From positions 2,880 through 66,879 of the forward strand of contig CANFPP010000005.1 in assembly GCA_947449005.1 (NCBI GenBank): a stretch of 64,000 nt of DNA. Direction: 5' to 3'. Numbering within the stretch: position 1 is the first letter of the stretch; every line of letters begins with the position of its first letter. The position numbers were made by a program, and so were the translations under genes. Below, in pieces: positions 39,771 through 52,652 of this stretch. The notes below the pieces were generated by a model, which was not told where the DNA came from, ran no database searches, and was given only the letters and a program-made list of their open reading frames with translations. This DNA is from Holosporales bacterium. Lineage in GTDB: Bacteria; Pseudomonadota; Alphaproteobacteria; Paracaedibacterales; CANFPP01.

Positions 39771-41215
39771 TTTTGCAAATTATCTTTATCGACTGTCTCT
39801 TTCTTTTTAAAAGACATAGGATTAGCCGTACTTGTATTTGGATTAGTCATATCTACCGCCTCTTCTATCTCTCCATTAGGAAACACTGTATCAAAGCCTA
39901 AACCTTGATTTTCCGCAGAAACAGAAGAATGACTTCTTGACCTCATATCGACATCCAGATCTTCCTGTTCCATATTAAAACCTAGATCTTCCTGTTCCAT
40001 ATTAAAATCTAGATCTTGCTTCGCTGCAGAAACAGAAGAACGGCCTGCCAGTTCCATTAACTTACCGTGGCGCTCTTTGGAATTCGTAAACGATCTAGAT
40101 AGTTTTTTTCTCAAAACTAAATCAATTGCTTCAAAAACATCATCACCATGCTGCTCAAAAAGAGCAGAATGTAAGGCAATAACAGCGCAATTTATTTGAT
40201 GATTCTCTAACTGATATTTTTGAGCCTCACTCAAATCTTGAAAATATTTTACAAAAAGTGCATTTAAAATTTTTTGAACATTACGTAGGTCGTATCCAAT
40301 GGATTCCAAACTCGCTATCATAATTTCGGCTTCCTCAGAAGTCGCTGTACGCTCAAAATTCATGCCAAAAGTTCCACCCATGGCTAAAACATTTGATTGG
40401 AGAATTGCTATTTCTTTAAGTTCTTTGGGATGATCGCAATCTTCATTTTTCTTTTTAAAGAGCTGAGCTATGCCAAGAATGCGTATTGCATGTGGTAAGT
40501 TCGGTGAGCTTTTTTGGCTTAATTTGTCGTGCCTTTCAAGAAAGCAATGCCATAAGAAATCTGCTTCTACTCGCTGAGCAAAATCTTTCTGCAAAAAGCT
40601 GGTGTGAAGGGGAGATGGAGCATGATCTAAGATCGTGCTTAATCCAACAAAAATAAAATCTTCTGGTAATTTTGATTTTAATGCCTCATTGCCTGACAAT
40701 AGAGAAAGATATTTTGATTTTTCTACTCTATCCCAAAAATCTATATCCAAAGGAAGTGTGTTTAGAAGACTGAGATCAGCCTTTAAAAGCATATTTCTAA
40801 CAACGCTATCTTCTATAAATCCTGGGGCGATTTCCAAAAATTTATCTATATCAATACCTTCTATAATGCTAATTATATTGCTAGCCTGCAGTATGTGTTC
40901 TACATCTATTTTTTTCTCTTTCATCGCTCTCAGTAGCTTAAATTTACCCTCTCTAGCAGCAAGAAAAACTAAGTTTCGCCCCAAAGAGTTTCTATATTTT
41001 TCACAGAATGTTTTACCATTTTTGGTCTCAAGAAATTCGATTAATTCCTCCTCATTCAAATTCTTTATATCTAGCTCACGAGAAGTTGGGATAGGAGTAC
41101 CGCTTTTACCGTAAAGATGCGACATACTTGCCACTGCTGCGGGCGTATATATAAGAAATAATGAGACTGTGAAACTGGTGAGTAATCTTATTGAAAGAGA
41201 TATGAGTGTGTGCAT
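39767..41215 (-). CDS. hypothetical secreted protein sharing the C-terminal domain with the 726-aa ORF
   Basis: Signal-like N-terminus. Domain LQSNVLAMGGTFGMNFERTA...NHQINCAVIALH...DDVFEAIDL...AGRSSV, followed by an acidic repeat tail. It overlaps the hydrolase start by 4 nt. Confidence 0.65.
   Translation of the reverse strand: MHTLISLSIRLLTSFTVSLFLIYTPAAVASMSHLYGKSGTPIPTSRELDIKNLNEEELIEFLETKNGKTFCEKYRNSLGRNLVFLAAREGKFKLLRAMKEKKIDVEHILQASNIISIIEGIDIDKFLEIAPGFIEDSVVRNMLLKADLSLLNTLPLDIDFWDRVEKSKYLSLLSGNEALKSKLPEDFIFVGLSTILDHAPSPLHTSFLQKDFAQRVEADFLWHCFLERHDKLSQKSSPNLPHAIRILGIAQLFKKKNEDCDHPKELKEIAILQSNVLAMGGTFGMNFERTATSEEAEIMIASLESIGYDLRNVQKILNALFVKYFQDLSEAQKYQLENHQINCAVIALHSALFEQHGDDVFEAIDLVLRKKLSRSFTNSKERHGKLMELAGRSSVSAAKQDLDFNMEQEDLGFNMEQEDLDVDMRSRSHSSVSAENQGLGFDTVFPNGEIEEAVDMTNPNTSTANPMSFKKKETVDKDNLQK
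39957..40017. repeat. 27-bp in-frame tandem repeat inside the 482-aa gene
   Basis: agatcttcctgttccatattaaaaNct occurs twice, plus a partial third unit. It encodes (Q)EDL(G/D)FNME repeats. Confidence 0.85.
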
Positions 41216-41345
41216 AACAACAAATTTTACTAAAATTAAATGTACTTGTTTTTAGTAGTAGCAAAAAAAATATTCTGAGAATAGATAGAAAGTACTCCTT
41301 ACTCCCTATTTTTCTTCATACTATAGAAAAAATTCTGTTCCTATT

Positions 41346-43911
<2,566 letters not shown>

Positions 43912-43919
43912 TAATGATT

Positions 43920-45470
43920 TTAAATATCTGTATTAAATGTCTCAATAAATTGAGTCAGAAATTTAGAGAGTTTATCTTCATTATCGCTGCTTAGTATACC
44001 TGTCTCTTGAATTTCTTGGAAAATCTCAGGATGTTCAGCTCTTAGCATATCGCGGTACTCTACTTCAAATTCGCCTGTATCTTTTACAGCTACTTGATCT
44101 AAAAATCCACGAACACCCGCAAAAAGTGTAACGACTTGTTCTGCAATATTAAGAGGGGCGTATTGTGTTTGTTTGAGTAATTCTGTTAATCGATGGCCAC
44201 GCTCTAAAAGCTTTTGAGTTGAAACATCAAGATCTGACGAAAACTGAGCAAATGAAGCCATTTCCCGATACTGCGCCAATTCTAATTTGATTCGTGAAGA
44301 GACTTGTTTCATAGCTTTACTTTGAGCTGCAGACCCAACGCGACTAACAGACAAGCCCACATTGATGGCGGGACGAATACCTTTATAAAAAAGATCTGTC
44401 TCAAGAAATATTTGACCATCCGTTATCGAGATAACATTGGTTGGAATATAAGCAGATACGTCACCAGCTTGAGTCTCAACAATTGGCAGAGCCGTTAAGG
44501 AGCCGCCGCCAGATTCATTGCATAATTTTGCTGCTCTCTCAAGTAAGCGAGAGTGTAAATAAAATACATCACCTGGGTAGGCTTCTCGTCCCGGTGGACG
44601 CCTTAATAAAAGAGACATCTGTCTGTAAGCAATTGCGTGTTTTGATAAATCATCATAGATAATCAAAGCGTGCATGCCATTGTCGCGGAAATATTCGCCC
44701 ATAGCACAAGCAGCATACGGGGCAAGATACTGCATTGGGGCAGGGTCAGAAGCTGTTGCCGCTACAACAATTGTATATTCCAAAGCACCGTGATCTTCTA
44801 ATTTTTTAACAATGTGAGCAACAGAGGAACGTTTTTGCCCAATGGCCACATAGATACAATACAGTTTTTTAGATTCGTCTGCTGACTGATTAATTTGCTT
44901 TTGATTCAAGATTGTATCAAGAGCGATGGTTGTTTTGCCTGTCTGTCTATCGCCAATGATTAACTCTCTTTGTCCTCTGCCAATTGGCACGAGAGAATCA
45001 ATTGCTTTGATGCCGGTTTGCATTGGCTCAAATACAGAACGACGCTCAATAATTGATGGGGCATTTACCTCAATGAATGATGGGTTGACATCTGTTAAAG
45101 GGCCATCACCATCAATTGGGCGTCCCAATGCATCAACAACTCGCCCTAATAGGCCTTTTCCAACAGGAACTTCAGCGATTTTCTTTGTTCTCTTAACAAG
45201 ATCACCTTCTTTAATGAACCTGTCATTTCCAAAGATTACAACGGCAACATTGTCTGCTTCTAAATTTGAAGCAATTCCTTTTACAGGTTCTCCAGTGCTT
45301 GGAAAAAACTCAACCATCTCTCCTAATTGAACTTTTTCTAAGCCATAGATTCTCGCAACGCCATCTCCGATGGATAGCACCCGGCCTGTTTCTGCCATGT
45401 CGATGTTAGGTGTAAATTGCGCAATCTGCTCTTCTATAATAGCTGAAATTTCTGCAGCACGCAGTTTCAT
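43920..45470 (-). CDS. atpA: F0F1 ATP synthase alpha subunit
   Basis: Walker A GDRQTGKT and canonical alpha sequence. Confidence 0.98.
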   Translation of the reverse strand: MKLRAAEISAIIEEQIAQFTPNIDMAETGRVLSIGDGVARIYGLEKVQLGEMVEFFPSTGEPVKGIASNLEADNVAVVIFGNDRFIKEGDLVKRTKKIAEVPVGKGLLGRVVDALGRPIDGDGPLTDVNPSFIEVNAPSIIERRSVFEPMQTGIKAIDSLVPIGRGQRELIIGDRQTGKTTIALDTILNQKQINQSADESKKLYCIYVAIGQKRSSVAHIVKKLEDHGALEYTIVVAATASDPAPMQYLAPYAACAMGEYFRDNGMHALIIYDDLSKHAIAYRQMSLLLRRPPGREAYPGDVFYLHSRLLERAAKLCNESGGGSLTALPIVETQAGDVSAYIPTNVISITDGQIFLETDLFYKGIRPAINVGLSVSRVGSAAQSKAMKQVSSRIKLELAQYREMASFAQFSSDLDVSTQKLLERGHRLTELLKQTQYAPLNIAEQVVTLFAGVRGFLDQVAVKDTGEFEVEYRDMLRAEHPEIFQEIQETGILSSDNEDKLSKFLTQFIETFNTDI

Positions 45471-46036
45471 TAATCCTCCCCTTTCATGGCGCTAGCCACA
45501 CCTTTTAATTGATTAGCAAACGATGCATCTATGAATCGATTGCCGAATTGTACAGCAATTCCACCTAAAAGTGTTGAATTTGTTGCATAATTTACAATTA
45601 ATTTTCCAGGAAAGATTTTTTGTAAGATTTTACCCAATTGTTGCTTTAAAGAAGCTGTGAGAGGGTGGGCTGCGTGCACAGTAACCGACTTCACATTTTC
45701 TTGATTATCAATAAGCATTTCATAGCTTTTCAGAATCTGTGGGTAATACTTAAAGCGCTGGGCATTTGCCAGCGTTCTCAAAAATGACTGAGATATCTTG
45801 GAAAAACCAACGCCTTGAGTAATTGTATCTAGGAATTGAATTTTCTGGGTTCGATGAAGTGTTGGATTGGTTAAAATCTTATGAGAAAGATCATAATCAT
45901 TAATCATTTTACCAAAACTTAACAATTCTTCCTTAACCTGATGAATAAAATCTTCTCGTTGAGCTAGGTTAAAGAGAGCGCGTGCATAACGGCCAGGTAG
46001 GGATGTTAGGCTTGCAGCAAAGAAAGTATCGTTCAT
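45470..46036 (-). CDS. atpH: F0F1 ATP synthase delta (OSCP) subunit
   Basis: [13 protein letters not shown]-terminus and position in atpHAGDC. ATG 46036 is preferred over the upstream GTG 46078. Confidence 0.85.
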   Translation of the reverse strand: MNDTFFAASLTSLPGRYARALFNLAQREDFIHQVKEELLSFGKMINDYDLSHKILTNPTLHRTQKIQFLDTITQGVGFSKISQSFLRTLANAQRFKYYPQILKSYEMLIDNQENVKSVTVHAAHPLTASLKQQLGKILQKIFPGKLIVNYATNSTLLGGIAVQFGNRFIDASFANQLKGVASAMKGED

Positions 46037-46142
46037 TATTATAAACTCATTTTGTTGCTCTCTTCTTCTCGGTAGCACACCCGTTGGAGAAATACAAGCT
46101 TTATCAAAATTTTATCAATAATTTTAATGATTTATTAAGGTT

Positions 46143-47003
46143 TTATAAAATCTCAGACAAGTGCAACTGTGCACTGCCTCGTTTAAGAGCTTTAGGTTGA
46201 GACTCAGATGGAGCCCAGCCCGTTAAATAAACAACATCAAATGTTGCAGGGATAGATCCATCCGCACTACCATAACGACTTTGATAAATTTCTGCAGCTC
46301 GATTTAATAAGGTTCGTGTTGCCATACGCTGACTACGCCCCAAAAATGTATTGGTTTCTCCCATCCCTTTTAGGTCTGCCATTAAGTCAAATAATGAAGC
46401 ATAAGAAACAACGATTCTATCATAATCAACAACAGGAAGCGCAAAGCCAGCGCGTTGTAGTAATGCTCCAGAATCCCGGGTACTAATAAAGGCAGAAACC
46501 CTAGGGCTAATTCCTTGATGCAATTCAATCTCTGCTTGCTGCAAACACTCTCGAAGTTCAAACAAAGTATGCTCGCCAAAAAAAGCTGCAAGCAATAAAC
46601 CATCTGACTTTAAAGCCATCCTCAATTGATAAAGCATTCCAGGAAAGTCATTGACCCAATGAAGGGAGAGACAGCTAACGATTAAGTCCAGGCTATGAAA
46701 TGCAAAGGGAAATTGCTCTTCGTCCAAACAGACTCGTATTTGCATTGGATCGGCGTGTCGCAACATTGCTTCTGATAAATCACTGAAAATCATAGTCGTG
46801 ATGGTGTTGCAATTTTCTTGGCTAAATTGGCCTGAATAACCAAGCTCTACTGCACAATCAAACCTACGCTTGATAAAACTTAAACGATCTTTCAAACGAT
46901 CAGCAATTTCTTCTTTCAAGAATGTATGCTGCTCAAAATTGCCAGAAGCTCTATCTTTGCGCTTTCTTAATAGGCTTCTGTCATAAAGTTGAGGGACACT
47001 CAT
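46143..47003 (-). CDS. class I SAM-dependent methyltransferase (BioC/NDUFAF5-like)
   Basis: LYDRSLLRKRKDRA N-terminus and methyltransferase core (DLIVSCLSLHWVND; LKSDGLLLAAFFG). The track start at 47024 lies inside a palindromic element, so ATG 47003 is preferred. Confidence 0.7.
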   Translation of the reverse strand: MSVPQLYDRSLLRKRKDRASGNFEQHTFLKEEIADRLKDRLSFIKRRFDCAVELGYSGQFSQENCNTITTMIFSDLSEAMLRHADPMQIRVCLDEEQFPFAFHSLDLIVSCLSLHWVNDFPGMLYQLRMALKSDGLLLAAFFGEHTLFELRECLQQAEIELHQGISPRVSAFISTRDSGALLQRAGFALPVVDYDRIVVSYASLFDLMADLKGMGETNTFLGRSQRMATRTLLNRAAEIYQSRYGSADGSIPATFDVVYLTGWAPSESQPKALKRGSAQLHLSEIL

Positions 47004-47019
47004 TCCCGCTCTCTCCGCC

Positions 47020-47042
47020 GTCATGCCCGCGAAGGCGGGGTC
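47020..47042. repeat. GC-rich palindromic element (GTCAT-GCCCGC-GAAG-GCGGGG-TC), likely terminator after the RND operon
   Basis: Stem CCCGC/GCGGG with a GAAG loop. It shares the GTCAT...GGGG-TC frame with 32412-32438. Confidence 0.5.
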
Positions 47043-47100
47043 AGGTGTTTATAGACCATTATTAAATCTGAATTATTTAAAAACTTGGATTCATTCCTTT

Positions 47101-50100
47101 TTAAGCAGACTTTTTAATCTTCTTTTTAGGTTTTTTAATGTTCCATTTAGTGCGTACGTACGCAACTATAATTTTAGGAATTTCCTTCAAAAGGCGTTTC
47201 ATATTGTCTTTACTTAAGAAAACATAAAAAGCTGGCACAACAAAAAGTGTAAAGAGCGTTCCAATTGACATACCACCAACGATAACCCAACCAAGCTGAC
47301 GACTACTTTCACTTCCTGCGCCTGTAGAGAAAGCTAACGGAAGTGCACCCAAAACCATCGCAAAAGTTGTCATTAATATAGGACGTAAACGTTGACGAGA
47401 AGCCTCCACAATTGATTCAAATTCACCTTTTCCTTCATCTCTAAATTTGTTTGCGCAATCAACCATTAGAATTCCATGCTTTGTAATCAAACCAATGAGC
47501 GTCACGAAACCAATTTTTGTATAAAGGTTAATAGACCCGCCTTTGATCAAAGCCAAGGTCATAACCGCGCCAGCTAGTGATAAAGGTACACTCAAGAGAA
47601 TAATAAATGGATCTCTCCAGCTTTCAAACTGAGCTGCCATTACTAAATAAATAAAGCAAATGGCCAGGATGAAAATTAATTGCATCGTGTGACCTTCAGT
47701 CAAGAAACGTTTTGTTTCCCCTGTGAACGTCAAACGCACATCTTCTGAACGCACATCTTCAAAGACTTCATTAACCTTTGTTACGCCTTCACCAAGGCTT
47801 ACGCCCTGCTTTAAACGTGCGCTTAAAGTGATTGAACGGAGACGATTGTGGTGATGGATCTCAATAGGGCCTGAGCGTGAATTAACAGAAACAAGCTCTG
47901 ATAACGGAACCAATGTTCCCTCTTTATCTCCAGATTTAACAAAGAGATTTGTAATGTCATGTGGTGTCATGCGAGAGCCTTCTGCAACCTCAACCCTAAC
48001 TTCATACAACTTATTATCTCGCTTAAACATTGTCGCTTTACGGCCACGAATCAATGCATCAACTGTTTCACTAATTGTTGCTGGTTCAATATTTAAAGAA
48101 GAAACTTTGTCACGAATAATCGTAATGGTAAAATCTTCTGTATCACCGCGAATCTCGGAGTGCATGCCATCAACGATGCCAGATGAATGCATGAATAGAC
48201 TCATTCTTTGAGCAATTTCCTTAATTTCACGGTAAGTTTTATTTCCTTGAATCACAAATTCAACAGAGCGACTTTTCTCACCGCTGATGCCTGCGGAGGC
48301 AGATTCAATACGCGCTTCAATACCTGTTATTTCATCTAACTTTGGCTTGAGTTCATTCACGATTTCTTCAGTCGTTCTTCCTTTATCTTCTTTTAACTGG
48401 ATCAAAGTGTCAAAAGTTGGATTGTTAATCTGACTAACACGCCTATCAACTTCTGGTATTGATCCTAAAATTGCATCAAGTTTTGCAACGTAGCGGTCTG
48501 TATATTCAAGAGTCGCTGACTGAGGGGCCTGTCCTTCGATAGAAATGCTCGATTGATCTTCTCTAGGGGTAAATTCTTGCGGTAAATAACTATATATAAC
48601 AAGACCGATAATCCAAATGCCAAATCCTGCCATAATAACACGGCCGCGGTGTAATAAGATTTGACGTAAATACAGATCGTAGAAAACCTCTAACTTAGCC
48701 AGCCATATATCAGTACGGAAATATTCCTTTAACGTGTCTAAGCTGAATGATGTGGACTTGTTCGGAGTTTTCTTCTTCTCTTCAGGTGCCCGTAACATGC
48801 GTGCACACATCATTGGCGACAAAGTAAGCGCTGAGAATCCAGAGATCATAACCGCACAAGCCAGTGTTAAAGAAAATTCTGTAAATAACTTACCAGTTAG
48901 TCCCTGTGCTAATGAAATCGGTGCGTAAACCGCTGCCAGAGTTAATGTCATCGCAATAACGGCAAAGCTGATATCTTTAACGCCTTGAACTGCTGCCTTA
49001 AACGGACTTAATCCTTTTTCAATATAGCGATATATGTTTTCTAAAATTACGATAGCATCATCAACAACCAATCCAATTGCCAAGACCATCGCTAGCAGAG
49101 TCAATATGTTGATACTGAAGTTCATCATATACATGAAAAACATTGAACCAATAAGAGATACAGGGATTGTAACAAGGGGGATTAAGGAAGCTCGCGCAGA
49201 ACGCAAAAAGGCAAATACGACTAAAATGACAAGGGCCGTCGCTTCAAAAATAGTTTTATAAACACCCTTAATTGAACGTTCAATAAATGTTGTTTTATCG
49301 CTTCCAATGTGAATTAGTATTTCAGGTGGTAGCTTCTTTTCAATTTCCACAACCATCTTTTTAACATCACGTGCGACTTCAATTGGGTTAGATGTTGATT
49401 GTTTAACAACACCAATACTGACACCGGATTTTCCATTATAACGTGTCTTAGTTCTACGATCATCTGCTGAAATTTTAGAATAACCAACATCTCGCAAGCG
49501 AACCAAGTGCTTCTCTTTTGTAGAGATAGTCAGGTTGTCAAACTCTTCTGGAGTTTCTAGGTTTGCAACCGTCGTTACCAAGTACTCACGGTCATGGCTT
49601 ATCAATTTTCCAGCTGGTTTTTCAATGTTTTGACGCTTGAGGGATGTCATAACATCAGAAACTGTGATTCCATAAGCAGCTAAACGAACTGGATCGAGAT
49701 AAATATGCATCACATATTGACCCGCACCCAGCACATCCACACGTGCAACACCAGAAATGGATTCAAGGTCTTTTTGTATTTCTCGCATTGCATAGTCAGC
49801 TAATTCACTAGCCTCTTTTGTATCGCTGGTTAAAGCAATGGTAATAATCGGTTTTTCTTCAGCCTTGGATTTTGTAATGGTTGGCTCAGTGGCTTCATCA
49901 GGAAGCTTATCGCGAAATTTTCCTAAACGATCACGAATGTCATTTGTTGCATTATCCATTCCTCGTTCAGGGCGAAATTCCAACACAACCTTACTATCTT
50001 CGGTGCTGCTGGTAGACGTCATAGATTCAACGCCTTCAAGCCCAGAAACAGCTTCTTCAATAACTTTCGTAATTTGAGCCTCAATAACCTCAGGACCAGC

Positions 50101-50259
50101 TCCCATAAGGCTCGTCTCAATTGTTATGTAAGGGCGCTCAATCTTAGGGTATTGTTGTAAGGATAATCGACTTCCACCCACTAGTCCCACAAGAACGAGA
50201 ATAAAGGTCATTACCCACGCTAAAACTGGTCTCTCAATACAGACTTCCGATAGTTTCAT
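47101..50259 (-). CDS. RND efflux transporter permease (AcrB/HAE1-like)
   Basis: 1052 aa with the 12-TM/two-large-loop RND layout and conserved TM4 region VLAIGLVVDDAIVILENI. Confidence 0.9.
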   Translation of the reverse strand: MKLSEVCIERPVLAWVMTFILVLVGLVGGSRLSLQQYPKIERPYITIETSLMGAGPEVIEAQITKVIEEAVSGLEGVESMTSTSSTEDSKVVLEFRPERGMDNATNDIRDRLGKFRDKLPDEATEPTITKSKAEEKPIITIALTSDTKEASELADYAMREIQKDLESISGVARVDVLGAGQYVMHIYLDPVRLAAYGITVSDVMTSLKRQNIEKPAGKLISHDREYLVTTVANLETPEEFDNLTISTKEKHLVRLRDVGYSKISADDRRTKTRYNGKSGVSIGVVKQSTSNPIEVARDVKKMVVEIEKKLPPEILIHIGSDKTTFIERSIKGVYKTIFEATALVILVVFAFLRSARASLIPLVTIPVSLIGSMFFMYMMNFSINILTLLAMVLAIGLVVDDAIVILENIYRYIEKGLSPFKAAVQGVKDISFAVIAMTLTLAAVYAPISLAQGLTGKLFTEFSLTLACAVMISGFSALTLSPMMCARMLRAPEEKKKTPNKSTSFSLDTLKEYFRTDIWLAKLEVFYDLYLRQILLHRGRVIMAGFGIWIIGLVIYSYLPQEFTPREDQSSISIEGQAPQSATLEYTDRYVAKLDAILGSIPEVDRRVSQINNPTFDTLIQLKEDKGRTTEEIVNELKPKLDEITGIEARIESASAGISGEKSRSVEFVIQGNKTYREIKEIAQRMSLFMHSSGIVDGMHSEIRGDTEDFTITIIRDKVSSLNIEPATISETVDALIRGRKATMFKRDNKLYEVRVEVAEGSRMTPHDITNLFVKSGDKEGTLVPLSELVSVNSRSGPIEIHHHNRLRSITLSARLKQGVSLGEGVTKVNEVFEDVRSEDVRLTFTGETKRFLTEGHTMQLIFILAICFIYLVMAAQFESWRDPFIILLSVPLSLAGAVMTLALIKGGSINLYTKIGFVTLIGLITKHGILMVDCANKFRDEGKGEFESIVEASRQRLRPILMTTFAMVLGALPLAFSTGAGSESSRQLGWVIVGGMSIGTLFTLFVVPAFYVFLSKDNMKRLLKEIPKIIVAYVRTKWNIKKPKKKIKKSA

Positions 50260-50274
50260 GCTCTCTTAATCCTT

Positions 50275-51660
50275 TTAAGCTGTCTTTTCTGGCTCATGCG
50301 AAGGGGTTACTGCTTTACTTGCATCCTCTGTTTTTTTAGGTTCTTCAGACTTAGGCGCCTCAGCCTTTTTATCAGATTCTGAATGGACAGCTGGTGAAGC
50401 AGGATTTTGCTCGTCTTTCTTGTTTTTATCTTCTGGTTTTACTTCTGAAGACTCAACCTTTTTTGCAGCCTCTTCTGGCTTAGCTGCATCAGCATTTGCT
50501 GGGGCTGCGCTAGAGTCTTGCGCATTTGCCGAATCAGCTGGTTGCATATTTGCAATTTTAACGCGGACACCATCAGACAATTTTAACTGGCCAGCAGTTA
50601 CAACGACTTGGCCTTCACGTAGATTCGCAACAATCTCGATTTGACCATTTTCTCGAGTCCCAGTCAAAATACGGCGACGCATCGCTTTTCCTTTTTCAAC
50701 AATCCAAATAAATTCTATTTCACCTTCGCGATCAACCGCAGACTCAGGGATTAAAATAGTATCTCCCTTCTCGCCAATGATTAAACTCACACTCGCAAAT
50801 AGCCCTGGCCTTAAAAGACCATTTTCATTATTGATAGAAGCACGAACAGGGATACTGTGACTTTCTTCTTGGACTCTGGCATCTACAGCCTCAACAGTTG
50901 CGTGGAACACTTGATCCTTAAAAGCATCGATTCGGATCTCGGCAGTTTGGCCAACTCCGATATCATGCAAATTCTTTTCAGGAACTTTAAAGTCAACTTT
51001 AATTGGAGTTGAATCCACTATCGTTACAAGGTCTTGTGCAGATTGAACGTAGGCTCCGACACTAACATCAATCAGCCCCATTGTTCCCTGAAAAGGTGCC
51101 TGAATTATTGTTTTATCAAGCCTTGATTTTGCTGCTTCTAGTTTTCCTTCCGCCATTCCAAAAGCCGCACGCGACTCATCCATTTTTTTGACGCTTTCAA
51201 TTTTTTGATCATGAAGCTTAGAAATACGTTCGAAATCAGCTTTGCGTAAGACGAGCTCAGCTTCTGCTTGTTTGTATTCTGCCTGAGCATCTGCATCTTC
51301 AAAACGAATGAGGGAATCACCCTTCTGAGCGCTAGCTCCCTCAATAAAATCAATAGATTTTATTTTTCCATGCATTTCTGCGCGGATAGTGACTGAGGCA
51401 TTTGCTCTCAATTTTCCAACGGCAGAGATTCTCTTGCTAATATTTCCCATTTTAACAGTAATTGCCTCGACGGAGACTTGGCGTCCTTCTCGGCTCATAG
51501 CTTTCTCTTCGTCATCTTCTAATAAGCGCACACAAGCAGCTCTTATGGCAGGTTGCGTCACTTTAACGATAAGCCACATTCCCAGACAACCCGCAGCAAC
51601 ACCAAGTGCAATCATCACCCACTTGTTTTCACGAGTAACTTTTTTTAGAGTATTTAACAT
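50275..51660 (-). CDS. RND efflux periplasmic adaptor (MFP) with long low-complexity tail
   Basis: N-terminal TM anchor, then lipoyl/coiled-coil/beta-barrel pattern. The C-terminal tail of about 90 aa is rich in A/E/K/P/S. Confidence 0.85.
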   Translation of the reverse strand: MLNTLKKVTRENKWVMIALGVAAGCLGMWLIVKVTQPAIRAACVRLLEDDEEKAMSREGRQVSVEAITVKMGNISKRISAVGKLRANASVTIRAEMHGKIKSIDFIEGASAQKGDSLIRFEDADAQAEYKQAEAELVLRKADFERISKLHDQKIESVKKMDESRAAFGMAEGKLEAAKSRLDKTIIQAPFQGTMGLIDVSVGAYVQSAQDLVTIVDSTPIKVDFKVPEKNLHDIGVGQTAEIRIDAFKDQVFHATVEAVDARVQEESHSIPVRASINNENGLLRPGLFASVSLIIGEKGDTILIPESAVDREGEIEFIWIVEKGKAMRRRILTGTRENGQIEIVANLREGQVVVTAGQLKLSDGVRVKIANMQPADSANAQDSSAAPANADAAKPEEAAKKVESSEVKPEDKNKKDEQNPASPAVHSESDKKAEAPKSEEPKKTEDASKAVTPSHEPEKTA

Positions 51661-51956
51661 GACACCTATTTCTCAAACTACAGTCGCCTTTTTAGGCTTT
51701 TGGGTTAATATACAAGATAAATCATTAATTTTTAAATAAGATTCTATCTTTTTACATGGTATACAGACTTTAAGATTTCAAGCATAAAATAAATTTCAAA
51801 AAAATCTTTTATAAGATAATCTCAAAAAACAAAAATTTTAACACTTTGTTAATATCTTTGACCTACTTCCTAAGTATGCTATGTAAGAACGCTTGGCGTA
51901 CATGACATTATCAATTGTATAATAGAAATTTGCTTTAAGTTTTTTGAGTGGGGACA

Positions 51957-52604
51957 ATGAAAAAATATTTTATTTTAGGCACTATAGCGCTATTTTGTAT
52001 GAATTGGTCAACTGCTTTTGCAGGAGGAGCAACTCAAGCTTCACCAGCATCGAGTGTTGATCCTACAGCGGCAATATCAGCTGTTCAGCACTTTGGCAAT
52101 AAAGCTCTTGATGTCACCAAGACAACAGGGGCAGCTGCTGAAGCCGCGTTTCTTGTGTTAATTAAAGAAGCAATGGATGTTCGTGCTATAAGCGAGTTCA
52201 TCTTTGGGCCAGTTTGGAAAAAGGCAAGTGATAGTCAAAAAGACTCTCTTGTGGGGCTTTACGAGGAAGTTCTTGTTGCAACCAACATTAAAAGATTCAC
52301 TGAGTATGCTGGCGCAACATTTGAAGTTAAGTCCAATACAGTCCCAAGACCTAAGGGTATTGCGGTTTATGCTACCATTAAAGTTCCAAGTAAGCCTGAT
52401 ATTCAAATCCAGTTAACATTGATACAAACATCTCAAGGGCCAAAGATTGTTAACCTTGCAGTTGAAGGGTTTGTGTTGCTTGTAAATGAAAGAGAACAAT
52501 GGAAGAATGTAATTAAAGACGTTAAGGGCGACGTCAGTGCTTTTATAGATAGGCTAAAAACGCACATTGCAAAAATCAAAGAACAAAACGGCAGAACAAG
52601 CTAA
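51957..52604 (+). CDS. MlaC/Ttg2D-like periplasmic lipid-binding protein
   Basis: Signal peptide MKKYFILGTIALFCMNWSTAFA. Family-like segment MDVRAISEFIFGPVWKKASDSQKDSLVGLYEEVLV. ATG 51957 follows a GGGGA. Confidence 0.55.
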   Translation: MKKYFILGTIALFCMNWSTAFAGGATQASPASSVDPTAAISAVQHFGNKALDVTKTTGAAAEAAFLVLIKEAMDVRAISEFIFGPVWKKASDSQKDSLVGLYEEVLVATNIKRFTEYAGATFEVKSNTVPRPKGIAVYATIKVPSKPDIQIQLTLIQTSQGPKIVNLAVEGFVLLVNEREQWKNVIKDVKGDVSAFIDRLKTHIAKIKEQNGRTS

Positions 52605-52613
52605 AATAAAGAG

Positions 52614-52652
52614 GTTGTTTGGGTGTGGTATCTGAATACCACCCCAACAAAC
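52614..52652 (+). terminator. imperfect hairpin after the MlaC-like gene
   Basis: gttgtttgggtgtggtat-ctga-ataccaccccaacaaac. No U-tract follows. Confidence 0.3.

Noticed and set aside
39957-40017. Repeat array considered as a possible CRISPR-like or minisatellite element
   Set aside because: The units are directly tandem with no spacers and lie in frame within a long ORF, so this is a coding tandem repeat. No CRISPR array was seen anywhere in the window.
40635-41114. 159-aa plus-strand ORF
   Set aside because: It lies entirely antisense to the 482-aa gene and has low-complexity Ser/Phe/Ile-rich content typical of antisense frames in AT-rich coding DNA.
44926-45330. 134-aa plus-strand ORF
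   Set aside because: It lies antisense inside the unambiguous atpA gene.
47023-47217. 64-aa plus-strand ORF beginning in the palindromic element
   Set aside because: It overlaps the 3' end of the RND pump gene antisense, and its start is generated by the repeat sequence.
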